The position numbers and the translations under genes were made by a program. From the human T2T-CHM13v2.0 reference genome, Homo sapiens, in assembly GCF_009914755.1 (NCBI RefSeq), contig NC_060942.1: 64,000 nt of DNA, one strand, 5' to 3'. The notes below the pieces were generated by a model. The model worked only from the letters and a program-made list of their open reading frames with translations. It had not been told where the DNA came from and made no database searches. Positions 1-12,160 of the stretch are shown in pieces. The first letter of the stretch is position 1. The number at the start of each line of letters is the position of its first letter.

Positions 1-649
1 TAATCAAATACACCTTGTGCATTTCTCAAGGATCTAAGTAAAGTGTTTATGAACCCTCCCACTGCACATATAAGCTGCTGACAGTTCTTCTGCTGTCATT
101 AGAATAAATTCACTGAGACGTGCACACAGCCACATCTAAATAACAGGCATGCTTATTTCCCTTAGTAACCATAAAATCCTTGATAGAAGTCATAAAATAC
201 TTTAACTACTGAATATATTATTTTCCACATAATGCCATCTATATTATCTTTCATATTTCAATCATTTCAAAGTGAAAATAAAAGTATATCTCAAACTAAA
301 TGATGTTAAGTCAAAATGTTTGTCTTTGGAGTAGAAGTATCCCAAAAGATATTTAATTACTCCATCTTCCATGCCCCATGATTTAAAAGTGAAAAATGGG
401 AATCTTTTCTACAGAACAATGCCATCTACTGCTCATCTTTCATTAAAGACAAAAAATGAAATGTAAAATTGTTTTTTGGATCCCTGCTGATAAATCAAAA
501 CGAGACTTTTGCCATATTTTTGTATAAAAAGTACTTTTTTATATTACAAGAGGGATTCATGGTCCTTAAAAACATAATCTGGAATAGAAAAATTACATAC
601 TCTTCTGCACACTTTTTTGTTAACTGTGATCACTCTAGTATTATTAATT

Positions 650-1295
650 GTCATCCATAAACACCTGGACTGTTACATAAGCCTCCTGGGTAGTCTTCCC
701 AGTTCCTGGTCATGGCATGCCCACTGCTAGACTAGACACCTGCTGTGATTTTCTCCTCCCTGCTTAAAATCTGTAACATTATATGTCAGATCTTTAACCT
801 AGAGTACAATGCTCTCTTAATTCTTGGGTCACCTGGTCTCTTCAGTTTTACTTACACCACTTTCTAAAACATATACTGCCTGGCGAGAGAGGCTGCAGTC
901 ATCCCCTACCTCGTGCTGCTCCACCCCACAGGCTCAAATTCTTATCTGGGACACTCCCATTTTCCATACCAAAGCCCTAGGGCCAGGTCATCACTTTGGG
1001 GGAAGAGTCGACCATGATGCCTTTCACAAGATTTTGGCCTATGCCCTCATTTGGAACTGCTCTAAATTTTTTATTTTTATTTGTATTTCCTGTCCACTGA
1101 AACACACTGATACTTTATGTTTATAATAATAATAGTTATAATGATGGTTATTAATAATTTCATATGAGTGGATCTTCTCTCCCTAAGCAGACTATAAACT
1201 CACTTTGGCTTCATGAGAGTTAAGTATTGCTTCTTTTGTTTCTTAGGACACTTGATGGTCACAGGAACAGTATAAGTGCTCATTAAATATCCACT
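650..1295 (+). mobile_element. L2 LINE 3' fragment (ancient, degraded)
   Basis: L2-like motifs ctccctgcttaaaatc, ctctccctaagcagactataaactc and terminal aagtgctcattaaatat; boundaries approximate. Confidence 0.5.
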
Positions 1296-1461
1296 AATAT
1301 CTTACAACTTTTTCAAAAAGTAGGAAACAGATGGGAACCTTAGAAGTACACACAGCCTACTATAGTAACATCTAGCAACACAAACAAATGAACAAACAAA
1401 ACCCAGGGACTTCAAAAAATTCTACTTTTTATTAGGTTGTTGGTAGTAGAAGAAAATGAAT

Positions 1462-1620
1462 TAATACTTATGGAATGCCAGGCACTGAAAAAGACACTTC
1501 AGATTATGTCACATGTTAACCTTAAAAATGACTCCTGAGGTGGGAATCATTGTTTCTGTTCTGCAGATGAGGATGAAAACTTCAAGTCATCTATGCACAT
1601 GGCTGTTTGATTTCCAGCGG
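1462..1620 (-). mobile_element. MIR SINE fragment
   Basis: tgccaggcactg ... ctgcagatgagga matches the antisense MIR core. Confidence 0.6.
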
Positions 1621-1792
1621 TTTACTCCCATACAAAAGTGCAAAAGAATCTAAACTCATTACATAAGTCACTCATATCTAAAGCTTTAATATAAAACAAT
1701 AAAATTAACAAAAAGATCTGAAAAATGCATACGAAGAGAATAATGCCAAATTTAGACCTCTGAGAGTACCACAGTAAATAGCGCATTAAAAA

Positions 1793-2647
1793 GAAATCTT
1801 TTTCTGTGTCTATTGAGATGATCATGTTATTTTTTGTTTTTAATTCTGTTTATATGGTGTATCACATTTATTGATTTGCAGATGTTAAACCATTCCTGCA
1901 TTCCTGATATGAAACCCACTTGATCATGGTGGATTATCTTTTTGCTATGCTATTGTATTCTGTTATAGCTAGTATTTTATTGATGATTTTTGCATCTATG
2001 TTCATCATTGCTCTGTTGTAGTTTTTTGTTGTTGTTCTTATGTCCCTTCCTGGTTAGGGTGATACCGGCTTCACAGAATGATTTAGGAGGAATTCTCTGT
2101 TTCTCTATCTTGTGGAATAGTGTCAATAGGGTTGGTACCAATTCTTTGAATGTTTGATAAAATTCAACTGTGAATCTGTCTGGTCCTTGAATTTTTTTTC
2201 TTGGCAACTTTTAAATTACTACTTCAATCTTGCTGTTTGTTATTGGTCTGTTCAGAGTTTCTATTTCTTCCTGGTTTAATCTAGGAGGGTTGTATACTTC
2301 CAGGAATTTATCCGTCTCCTGTATATTTCATTGTTTAAGCATGTAAAGGTGTTCATAGTAGTCTTGAATGATCTTTTGTACTTCTGTGGTATTGGTTGTA
2401 GTATCTCCCGTTTCGTTTCTAATTGAGCTTATTTGGATATTCTCTCTTCTTTTCTTGGTTAATCTCGTTAACGGTCTACTAGTTTTACTTATCTTTCAAA
2501 TAACCAGCTTTTTGTTTCATTTATCTTTTGTATCTTTTTTGGTTTCAACTGCATATAGTTGTGCTCTGACCTTGGTTATTTCTTTTCTTCTGCTGGGTTT
2601 GTGTTTGGTTTGTTCTTGTTTCTCTAGTTCCTTAAGGTGTGACCTTA
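1793..2647 (-). mobile_element. L1PB-like LINE-1, inverted 5' segment (ORF2 remnant)
   Basis: Minus-strand ORFs read MIISIDTEK and GPDRFTVEFYQTFKELVPTLLTLF, matching L1 ORF2 (MIISIDAEKAF; GPDGFTAEFYQ). Confidence 0.93.
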
Positions 2648-4246
2648 AAAATCTGGCATCCCTTTATGATTAAAACCCTCAGCAAAATTGGCATAGAAGG
2701 GACATACCTTAAGGTAATAAAAGCCATCTATGACAAACCCACAGCTAACATTATATTGAATGGGGAAAAGTTGAAAGCATTCCCCCTGAACACTGGAACA
2801 AGACAAGGATGCTCACTTTCACCACTTCTATTCAACACAGTACTGGAAGTCCTAGCCGGAGCAATCAGACAAGAGAAAGAAATAAAGCCCATCCAAATTG
2901 ATAAAGAGGAAGTCAAACTGTCGCTGTTTGCTGAAGACATGATTGTACCTAGAAAACTCTAACTCATCCCAAAAGCTCCTAGAACTAGTAAATTCAGCAA
3001 TGTTTCAGGATACAAAATTAATGTACACAAATCAGTAGTTCTGTTATACACCAACAGTGACCAAGCTGAGAATCAAATCAAGAACTCACCCCCTTTTACA
3101 ATAGCTACAAAAAAAAAAAAAGGAGGCAACAGACTGCTGTAAGGAAAACTACAAAACACTGCTGAAAAAAATCACAGATGACACAAACAAATGGAAACAC
3201 ATACCATGCTCATGGATGGGTGGAATCGATATCGTGAAAATGACCAATGACCATACTGCTAAAAGCAATCTACAAATTCAATGCAATTCCCATCAAAATG
3301 CCACCATTATTCTTCACAGAACTGGAAAAACCAATACTAAAATTCACATGGGACCAAAAAAGAGCCTACATAGCCAAAGCAAGACTAAGCAAAATGAACA
3401 AATCTGGAGGTATTACATTACTTGACCTCAAACTATACTATAAGTCCACAGTCACCAAAAAAGCATGACTGGTATTAAAATAGGCATATAGACCAATGGA
3501 ACAGAAATGTATGAAAAAATGCTCAACATCACTAATTATCAGGGAAAGGTAAGTCAAAACCACAATGTAATACCACCTCACTCTGTAAGAATGGCCATAA
3601 TAAAAAAAATAATAGATGTTGGCATGGATGTGGTGAAAAGGGAACACTTTTACACTGCTGGTAGGAATGGAAACTAGTATAATGACTATGAAAAGGAGTG
3701 TGGTAATTCCTTAAAAAACTAAAAGTAGATCTACTATGTGATCCAGCAAATCCACTTCTGAGTATCTACCCAGAGGAAAAGAAGTCATTATATGAAAAAG
3801 ATACTTGCACACACGTTTATATATATATATATATATATGTACATATATATGTGTGTGTATATATATATTTATTTATATATTTATATGCACACCACGGGAT
3901 ACTACTCAGCCATAAAAAGGAACAAACTAATGACATCTGCAGCAACCTGGGTGGAACTGGAGACCATTATTCAAAGTGATGTAACTTCAGGAATGGAAAA
4001 CTAAACCCTATGTTCTCGCTCATAAGTGGGAGCTAAGCTGTGAGAATGCAAAGGTGTAAATGATGCAATGGACTTTGGAGACTCAGGGAAAGGGTGGGAG
4101 CAGGGTGAGGAATGAAAGACTACACACTGGGTACATTGTACACTGCTCGGGTGATGGGTGCATCCAAATCTCAGAAATCACCACTAAAAAACTTATTCAT
4201 GGAACCAAACACCACCTGTTCCCCCAAAAACCTATTGTAATTTTTT
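2648..4246 (+). mobile_element. L1PB-like LINE-1, sense 3' segment (ORF2 RT remnant + 3'UTR) with internal deletions
   Basis: [58 protein letters not shown] is the L1 RT region; ends in L1PB-type ...aaatctcagaaatcaccactaaaaaacttattcatggaaccaaacaccacctgttcccc; frameshifted. Confidence 0.95.
3818..3885. repeat. (TA)n/(TG)n microsatellite inside the L1
   Basis: tatatatatatatatatatatgtacatatatatgtgtgtgtatata read directly. Confidence 0.9.
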
Positions 4247-4355
4247 GAAAAGAAAGAAAACAAGAAATGAAGAAAGAAGAAAGGAAGGAAGGAGGGAAGG
4301 CAGGAAGGAAGGAAAGAAAGAGAAAAGAAAAAAGAAAAGAAAAAGAGAAACAAAG
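4247..4355. repeat. Polypurine (GAAA/GGAA)n tract derived from the L1 tail
   Basis: ~110 nt of almost only A/G directly after the L1 3' end. Confidence 0.9.
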
Positions 4356-5639
4356 GTAGGATAAGGGTTTGACAGACAGAAGCGGGGATTTCATAGTCAC
4401 TGGCACTTATTCTATTAATGTTGTACTGTTACTTATTTGGATTCAGGTGTCACAGTGCTTGAGGGAGGAAAGAAGGAGGACTTTGCAAAAAACGCATTTG
4501 CAAAAAGTCACTTACTGCACATCCTATGAATGAGAAGAGGTTGACCTAAGAGAGTCTGACACTAGAGAAAACACTTTAGAAGAAATTGTATAAAGGTCAG
4601 TCATTTAAAGTCAATTGGTTTTTCTATCACCTCTGCCCCTAACCTATGACCAATATGAATTGGTTTAATATATCTGTTATTACAATTTTCAGAGTTTTAA
4701 AAACAGGTGCTAATTCTCATTTGCTCAAATATTAAAATACACAAAATCTTTTGGCATTATTCAGGCTCTATGGAATGTGGTGTATTACACAATTCCCTTT
4801 GTATATTTAATCAGTTGGGTCAATATCTTAGATAAAACTAAGTCAACTGAAAAAGTTCTCCTTGATGAAATATTAGTCCTGACTTGATCCTGTGGTTTTG
4901 GAGCAATCCATGTATGGTACCTGGCTCATGATTATATGCTTCTTCCATGTGAATCATATTTTATTATTTGCAAGTCACACAAATTAAAAAGCTTTCAAAT
5001 TTCAATGGATAACATGTGAATTCCATTTATCATCCACTGGTCAAGGTTTATTGCCTGTTGTCTGGTTCACCTATGACTTAGATGCAGCTAGGAATATCTT
5101 CTTGAATTTGACAAGATTCACCTCTGCTCTAGGAACAAACACTAAAACTTACTCAAGTTGTTTATTTTACACAAACTTAAAAGTTAATAGGAAAAAAGTG
5201 GAAAACTGTTAAGTTACAGAATCTTAGGTATACCAGTAATATATACTTAATTTATAAGTTATATATTTTTTAGTTCATAGCCTTTCAAAAAGACTTTAAG
5301 GCTTAAAAATAAAAATAGTACATAGAAACGATGTGAAAGGGAGAAGATATACATGGGACGTGCTTTATTTAAATTAGCTTCAAAAATTAAACTTTGATGA
5401 TGAAAATAAGGCTAATATCATGGACATTTGACTGCTGTAAGGAGAAATACATAGTCCACTGGAGCCAACCTATTTCTGTTATTAAAACATTTTCCTTATG
5501 AATGGCAGGTACAGAACTCTGAGTACCATAATGAACAAGATTTTCAACTTTTATTTTTCAAAATATGAAGCAGTTTTATTATTTTTAATATATGGGCTTT
5601 CAAGAAGAGATGATGACAAATTTATCTTAAAATACACGT

Positions 5640-5925
5640 TTAGGAGTGAAACTATTCTGTATGATGCTATGATGGTAGATACATAACACCATGTTTTTGG
5701 CAAAATCCATAGAGCTGTGTAACACAAAGAATGAACCGTATTGCAAACTAGAAACTTTAGTTAATAATAATGCATTGTTATTTATTTGTCAATTGTAACA
5801 AATATACCACACTAATGCAGGATGTTACCAACAGAGAAACCAAGTACTGGGAGAGATATATGAAACTCTGTATTTCTGCTAATATAAAACTGGTCCAAGA
5901 AGTAAAGTTTATTAAGTTGAAAAAG
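5640..5925 (+). mobile_element. L1MC-like 3' end
   Basis: gtgaaactattctgtatgat...caaaatccatagagctgt...aattgtaacaaatataccacactaatgcaggatgtta is typical L1MC 3'UTR. Confidence 0.8.
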
Positions 5926-8237
5926 TATAACATTTCTTAGAGATGATGGTTAAACATGCTAATTATCAGATATAACTTAAAGGAATGGATGGTTGTCTCG
6001 TTGTCAATATCCCCAATCTCTCACAAACATGACTTCCATTGAATTGCCTCAAGCTGGTATTAGTCAGAGTTGGATAATATAATCGAATCAATACCTTTAT
6101 GTAATTATCCTAAGTATGAATATACTGAGTTGATATTTAATGAAAGTTATGCTATTTTAACAGACACATATAAACAGTTAAAATTTCATTTCAAAAACGA
6201 TTTTAAAATTTGGCTTGAACATCTTTTCCTGAGAGAACAACCTTCCTTCCATCAACATTAAATTTTCTTATGCTCAGATAATCTCAAGTAGAAACTCCAG
6301 AATATCATAACATGGGAAAAAAGAAAATACGCTTCCTTAGACAACTGAAAGAACAGGCTTGATCCTCTGGATTAATTAAGTCTATACACGATTAAATGAT
6401 TATGGCAAAAAAAATCATACTATTAAACAACAAATTTATTATTAGAGATATTGCATAGTTTACATATATCAGATGTAGTTATTGTGTTCTAGCCCACATA
6501 AAACTGTGTGAACATGATGAACATAAAATTAATCACCAGGGAAATAATTATTTTAAAGAAATTTTTTGCTCTGAAGGTAATACCTCAAAATGATGTTAAC
6601 CATAAAACCATAATATCCTTATAAAATATTAACAAGAAACCACAGATCTTATATATTAAATGTATTAGCATTTAACAGCACTACATAAACCAAATGAATG
6701 AAAATGTGGAAATACTCACATATGGTTTCTAATTTTTGCTCAAGTAAACATTATACCATATTTAGAAACAATTATATGAGAACACTCAAATATTTTCATG
6801 TCTAAGTATCTTTGACTTTTTATTTTTTTCCATACTAATTGCTATTTTCAAAGGCATTGAGAAAATAGAAATAGTTTCACAGTGTTAACAAAAGTTTCTT
6901 TTCCACAGCCACAGAGCAGTATTTATTAATGAATGAGATTTCAATTAATGAAGGCATTAGGAGGGAGGAAGGTAGGGAGAAACTGCCACAACAGTAAGTG
7001 TTTCACAGTGTTTTTACATATATATTCCAATGGAGAATGGTCACCACATAACGAATTTGCTCATAAATCTGAAAAAAAATCTGCTTAGGTAACATTTTGC
7101 CACAATAGTTCCTTTCTAAATTTCATACAGGAATGATTTTTTTTTTCTAGAATAATTTAGTTGCCATGTCAGGGCTTACCAATCCTTTCCACACATGTAC
7201 AACAGGACAGTTTTACAGACAGGTTGAGAATGTCTATACAGAGCTTGGTGAAAAAAGTCATTCCATTTTCTTTATAGCATATAATTATGATAAGAAAACA
7301 AATACAGAGTATTAGGGAATATATAAACTAATATGCATAAAATTTCCAACTGAAATATTTTTTAAATCTTTAATGATAAATTTGACCTTGTGTTCACAAA
7401 ATACCTTTGTATGTCTCCTGATTGAAATATCAAATTCTTAATTACTATCAACGAAAACTTTATTAACAAGAGTTAGTGGGAATAAAGGGCAGTAGAGTAT
7501 TTACCACTTTTTCTCCAAATAATAGAAAGTTCTTTCTTGTCATGAGCCATGAGGGCTAAATTTATTAAAGTTCATGGTCCTTCCTTTACTTACAAAGACA
7601 AATGTAATGTGGAAAGTCCTTTGGAAATGCAAATGTTTTTCAAAATTTTTCCTATTAAGTACTTCAAAATAATGAGTTTCAAACATTCACAGGGATTGCT
7701 CTAATAGTTTTAATACTTTTTTTAGGTTTTCAATATAACACCAATAACACAAGTGAATCATTTTTATCCTTTTTTGAAAGTTTAACTTTTGCTTTATATC
7801 TATAAACTCTGTGTGTGTAATATTTTTATATGGCCTTTGCAATTTTCAATTAAGTTCATTCAGGTGCTCCAAAATGTCTGGTAAGCAAGCTATCTTTTTT
7901 CAAGTGAATAACTCTCCTTCAACAAATCTAAAGAGAGTAATATTTAAACACACAATGTATTTTTTTAATTAACTCTTGAAAAAAGGTATCTTTTTAGACA
8001 GCTTGTGTACACATTGGCAAATATCAGTAAATGTGATAATCTAATCCCTTATCTTTGAATAAAGCTGTAGCGATTTATTTAGATTCATATTTTCATATAT
8101 GACCTTATATGGAATCACGATTTATAAGCAAACTTTTATGTACAAGAGCTGCTATGTGAGTAAAACTCATCTCAGATGAAACTCTTGATGTTTACACCTT
8201 CATATCATCTATAGCCTTTATAGCTTCATGCCACTAG

Positions 8238-8566
<329 letters not shown>

Positions 8567-9167
8567 AATATGAATATTTTAAAACATGAAATATGAATAT
8601 TTATTTGCCTCCCTGCATACATAATCTACAGAAGTTTGTTTTGATTTGTTCAGAATAAATAATGATCTTCAAGGATTCTAAAAAGTCTATTAGCAATTAT
8701 ATTAATGTCTTAACGTCATCAATATACAATAACTTTTTAAATTTAATAATCTATTTGATTAACGTTGTCACTACGATGTGTGACATGCCCTCACTGCCTG
8801 TTCTGATAGCATTATGCTAACACGGCTCCTTTTCTATTTCTTCTGCTTCATTTGTTTCCAGTCTACTACTGATAGTGAACATATAGGCTGGTAAAATAAG
8901 AAATTCCATATAACAGGGAAGCACTTTGGCTTAGTATTATATGTGAAACCTTGTAAAAGATGGCTTTTAAAACTTGATCATATAGTGCTGTATATAATCT
9001 CATAAAGAAGGATTCTTACTTTTTGTGTAAGAGAATTCAAAACTACTTACGTCTAAGATGGCTGTTTTGGGGTAGACTGCCACAAAAATGTGTCATGCAA
9101 GTAGCTTCACTTCATCACTTTTGCATGCAAATGAAATGTTTACTCCATGTGTGAGAATAATTATAAT

Positions 9168-9245
9168 GGCACATGAATTCCAATTTAAGAGAATCATCAT
9201 TATATTGCCCAATTATCTTAATAATTTGAGGGGTGGATTCTAGTG
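9168..9245 (+). repeat. Diverged direct copy of 10879-10963
   Basis: ggcacatgaattccaatttaagagaatcatcattatattgcccaatt...ggattctagtg aligns to 10879-10963 at roughly 75-80% by eye. Confidence 0.8.
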
Positions 9246-10182
9246 ATGCTCAGAGGTTTTCAGCATTTATTCTCAAAATATCCTTTGTGTTGGGAAAATA
9301 AACATATGTAGAAATGAAATCTTAAGACAAAACAGATTGTAGGCATGTACAAATCTAGAAAATCTATTTGTTAATAATATAAAGTATATATATAAATAAT
9401 ATAAAGTAAGTATATGTATTTAAAATATATAGTTAAGACTATCTGCATTTTAAATGCTTTAAAATAAAGCGAATAAAAAGCTTCAAAATTAAACATACAG
9501 CAATCTAAATTAGAATTTAATTTAGTAATTAAAAGTTAAAAATATATACAATATAATCATTTTCTACATTCCTAGATAACCAAAATATATTTTGAAAACC
9601 ATCAGTTTCTGGAACTTACTGTTCTCTTTAGTAATTTAGTGTCCAGAGAAATCAACTAATTTAATTGAAAGGAGTTTTTTTCTAAAAATGTGTATCTTAA
9701 ACATAATATAAACACTTTAATTCTAAAACACACAAAATTAATTATTGATTTCCATCAATAATAAGACTTTTGACTAATTGTTAACCTTGAAATCCAATCA
9801 GAAAGAAAAAAGAAATGAAAGCAAAGAAAGAGTAAAAAGAAAAAGGGAGGGAAGACAGAATAAGCAATTAAGAAAATTTACAAAATTAATAATTTTCTGA
9901 TACCACACTAAAACAGTAAATGATAAAATTTATATAACTTCTATTTTAGAATAGTGAAAAACAAATACTTGCATAAAATCTTCACTGAGGATAAACACAT
10001 TGGTATTAAAATTGTGATGAGATTAACTGAAGAATTTTGGTGGGAAAGTTGGGAAATTTTGTGGTGGTTGCTCCATGAGTGAGGTCTTGGTCAGGGAGAT
10101 GATCTGGGGAAGTGTTATGCAGGAGACCTCTCTTGCAATGGGTCTACACAAGTCTTATTCAGAAAAATAACAGAAAATAATA

Positions 10183-10545
<363 letters not shown>

Positions 10546-10550
10546 TTATT

Positions 10551-10791
10551 ATTTTTATTAATTTTAATTGACACATAATTATACATACTTATAGGGTACA
10601 GTGTGGTGTTTTGATACATGTACATGTACTACAGTGATCAAATCAGGGTAATTACCATAGCCATCACTTTAAATATTTATGAGTTAGGAAGAATGAGTTT
10701 CGTGGTTCTATTATAACATAGGGTAGCTATGGCAAATAACAATGTAGTATATATTTAGTAGTGCATATACGATTTTGAATATTATCCCTTC
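10551..10791 (-). mobile_element. Short L1MA-like 3' fragment with inverted 5' part
   Basis: 10551-10680 antisense L1MA terminal sequence; 10681-10790 the adjacent upstream L1MA sequence in + sense; flanked by aaatattatt at 10541 and 10792. Confidence 0.8.
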
Positions 10792-10878
10792 AAATATTAT
10801 TTTAACTGTTGTGAATTAATTTTTATATATTTTATTGTAAAAAGTCTTCACATTTTTAACACTATAAAAAAGCCCAAG

Positions 10879-10963
10879 GGCACATGAATTCTAATTTGAT
10901 GGGATCATTATTATATTACCTAATTAATATCTTAATCATTCATGGGGGGCATGGATTCTAGTG
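10879..10963 (+). repeat. Diverged direct copy of 9168-9245
   Basis: Partner of the 9168 segment. Confidence 0.8.
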
Positions 10964-11584
10964 GCTATGAAGTCACCAATAAGTATTGTGGGCCAGTCAA
11001 TGCTTTATGAAAAGCTAGAAACCAGAATTTGTCTGTGAAACTTTAAATCATAGAGAAGAAGCCAAATTCATGTAGCCCTGGTCTAGTCTTCAGCCATGCT
11101 TTGTTTGTGCCATGTAGCATTTCAACAAAATAATGTCATTTTCTTTTGATTCTTCTACTTCCCCCTGGGAGGCCAGGTGATAAAACTAAGGCACTGATTT
11201 GCCCATCAAATGAGACCACTGAAGTTCTAGCCAAAATCTTTTCCCACTATTGTCCTTTTACTCTCCATTACCAAACTTTCCTTCTAGTCTATCAATAATG
11301 TAAAGGCTATTTGGATCAAAACATGATGGTGGCTTGAACAGGCTGAGAAATCTTGGTTAATGTCTTTTGAACATGGTAGCAGACGTGGGGAGTAGGTATA
11401 ATTATAGACAGCCTTCCAGGGATCACACCAGAATGACAGAGGTATCAAGGGTAGGCAGGCCAAGTCCTTGCTAGAACAACCATAGCCTGACATCACCACC
11501 ACTCTCCTAGAGATCATTCTCTTGATACCTGGAAATTATTCTTCCTCAGCCCAAGGAGCTACCTGCTGATGGCCTGGAGGGCAA

Positions 11585-11665
11585 ATGCTGTCCAACAGAA
11601 AAACAATGTCAGCCATGTATGTTATTTCATCAATTCTAGCAGCCACATTAAAAACTAAAAAACAG
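11585..11665. mobile_element. hAT-Charlie (MER3/MER33-like) fragment
   Basis: gctgtccaacaga...tctagcagccacattaaaaa. Confidence 0.55.
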
Positions 11666-11769
11666 TTGCAGTGAGTATCTGTAGCATACCTGTATTCCAT
11701 TCATGGCATTCTAGCTCAGACACATGGATCTACTTGCCATGCTGCTAAATATTAAGACAAATGTAAGCA

Positions 11770-12160
11770 TTAGTGATGCTCAGAAATATCTTCAGTTTTT
11801 CTCCCCTTCCTAGATATTCAGAAAGATTACACTTCTCATCTCCCTTGACATTAAGCATGACGACATGTTCAACAGAATCAGCAGGTAGAAGGGACACATA
11901 TCACTTTACAGCAGAAGCATTTAAAAGTTGATGCCCTCCTCCCCTGCAGTGGTCATTCTTTCTGGTAATTATGAAAGAACGGGCCAGCTGGAGGTAATAC
12001 AAGATCAAGCCCACAGGATGAGTGAACCACCCCCATGGAGAACTGCCCTGAGAGTCATCCATATCTACAATGGACTTAGCATGAATATCGGTTTTTGTGT
12101 TAAACACAGAAAACTGGTGGTAACTGTTAGTGTGGCACATCCTAGCCCATCGTGTCTAAT
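11770..12160 (+). mobile_element. Old MaLR LTR (MLT1K/L-like)
   Basis: aaagattacacttctcatctcccttgacattaag...gcagaagcatttaa...tggacttagcatga...cctagcccatc. Confidence 0.6.

Noticed and set aside
15-135. Minus-strand ttatttag|ATG...CAAG|gtgtat exon-like segment
   Set aside because: Stops in all three frames and a weak donor; nothing recognisable.
2639-2962. 107-aa ORF with reverse-transcriptase motifs
   Set aside because: Ordinary L1 ORF2 fragment in a truncated, frameshifted copy; not a novel RT system.
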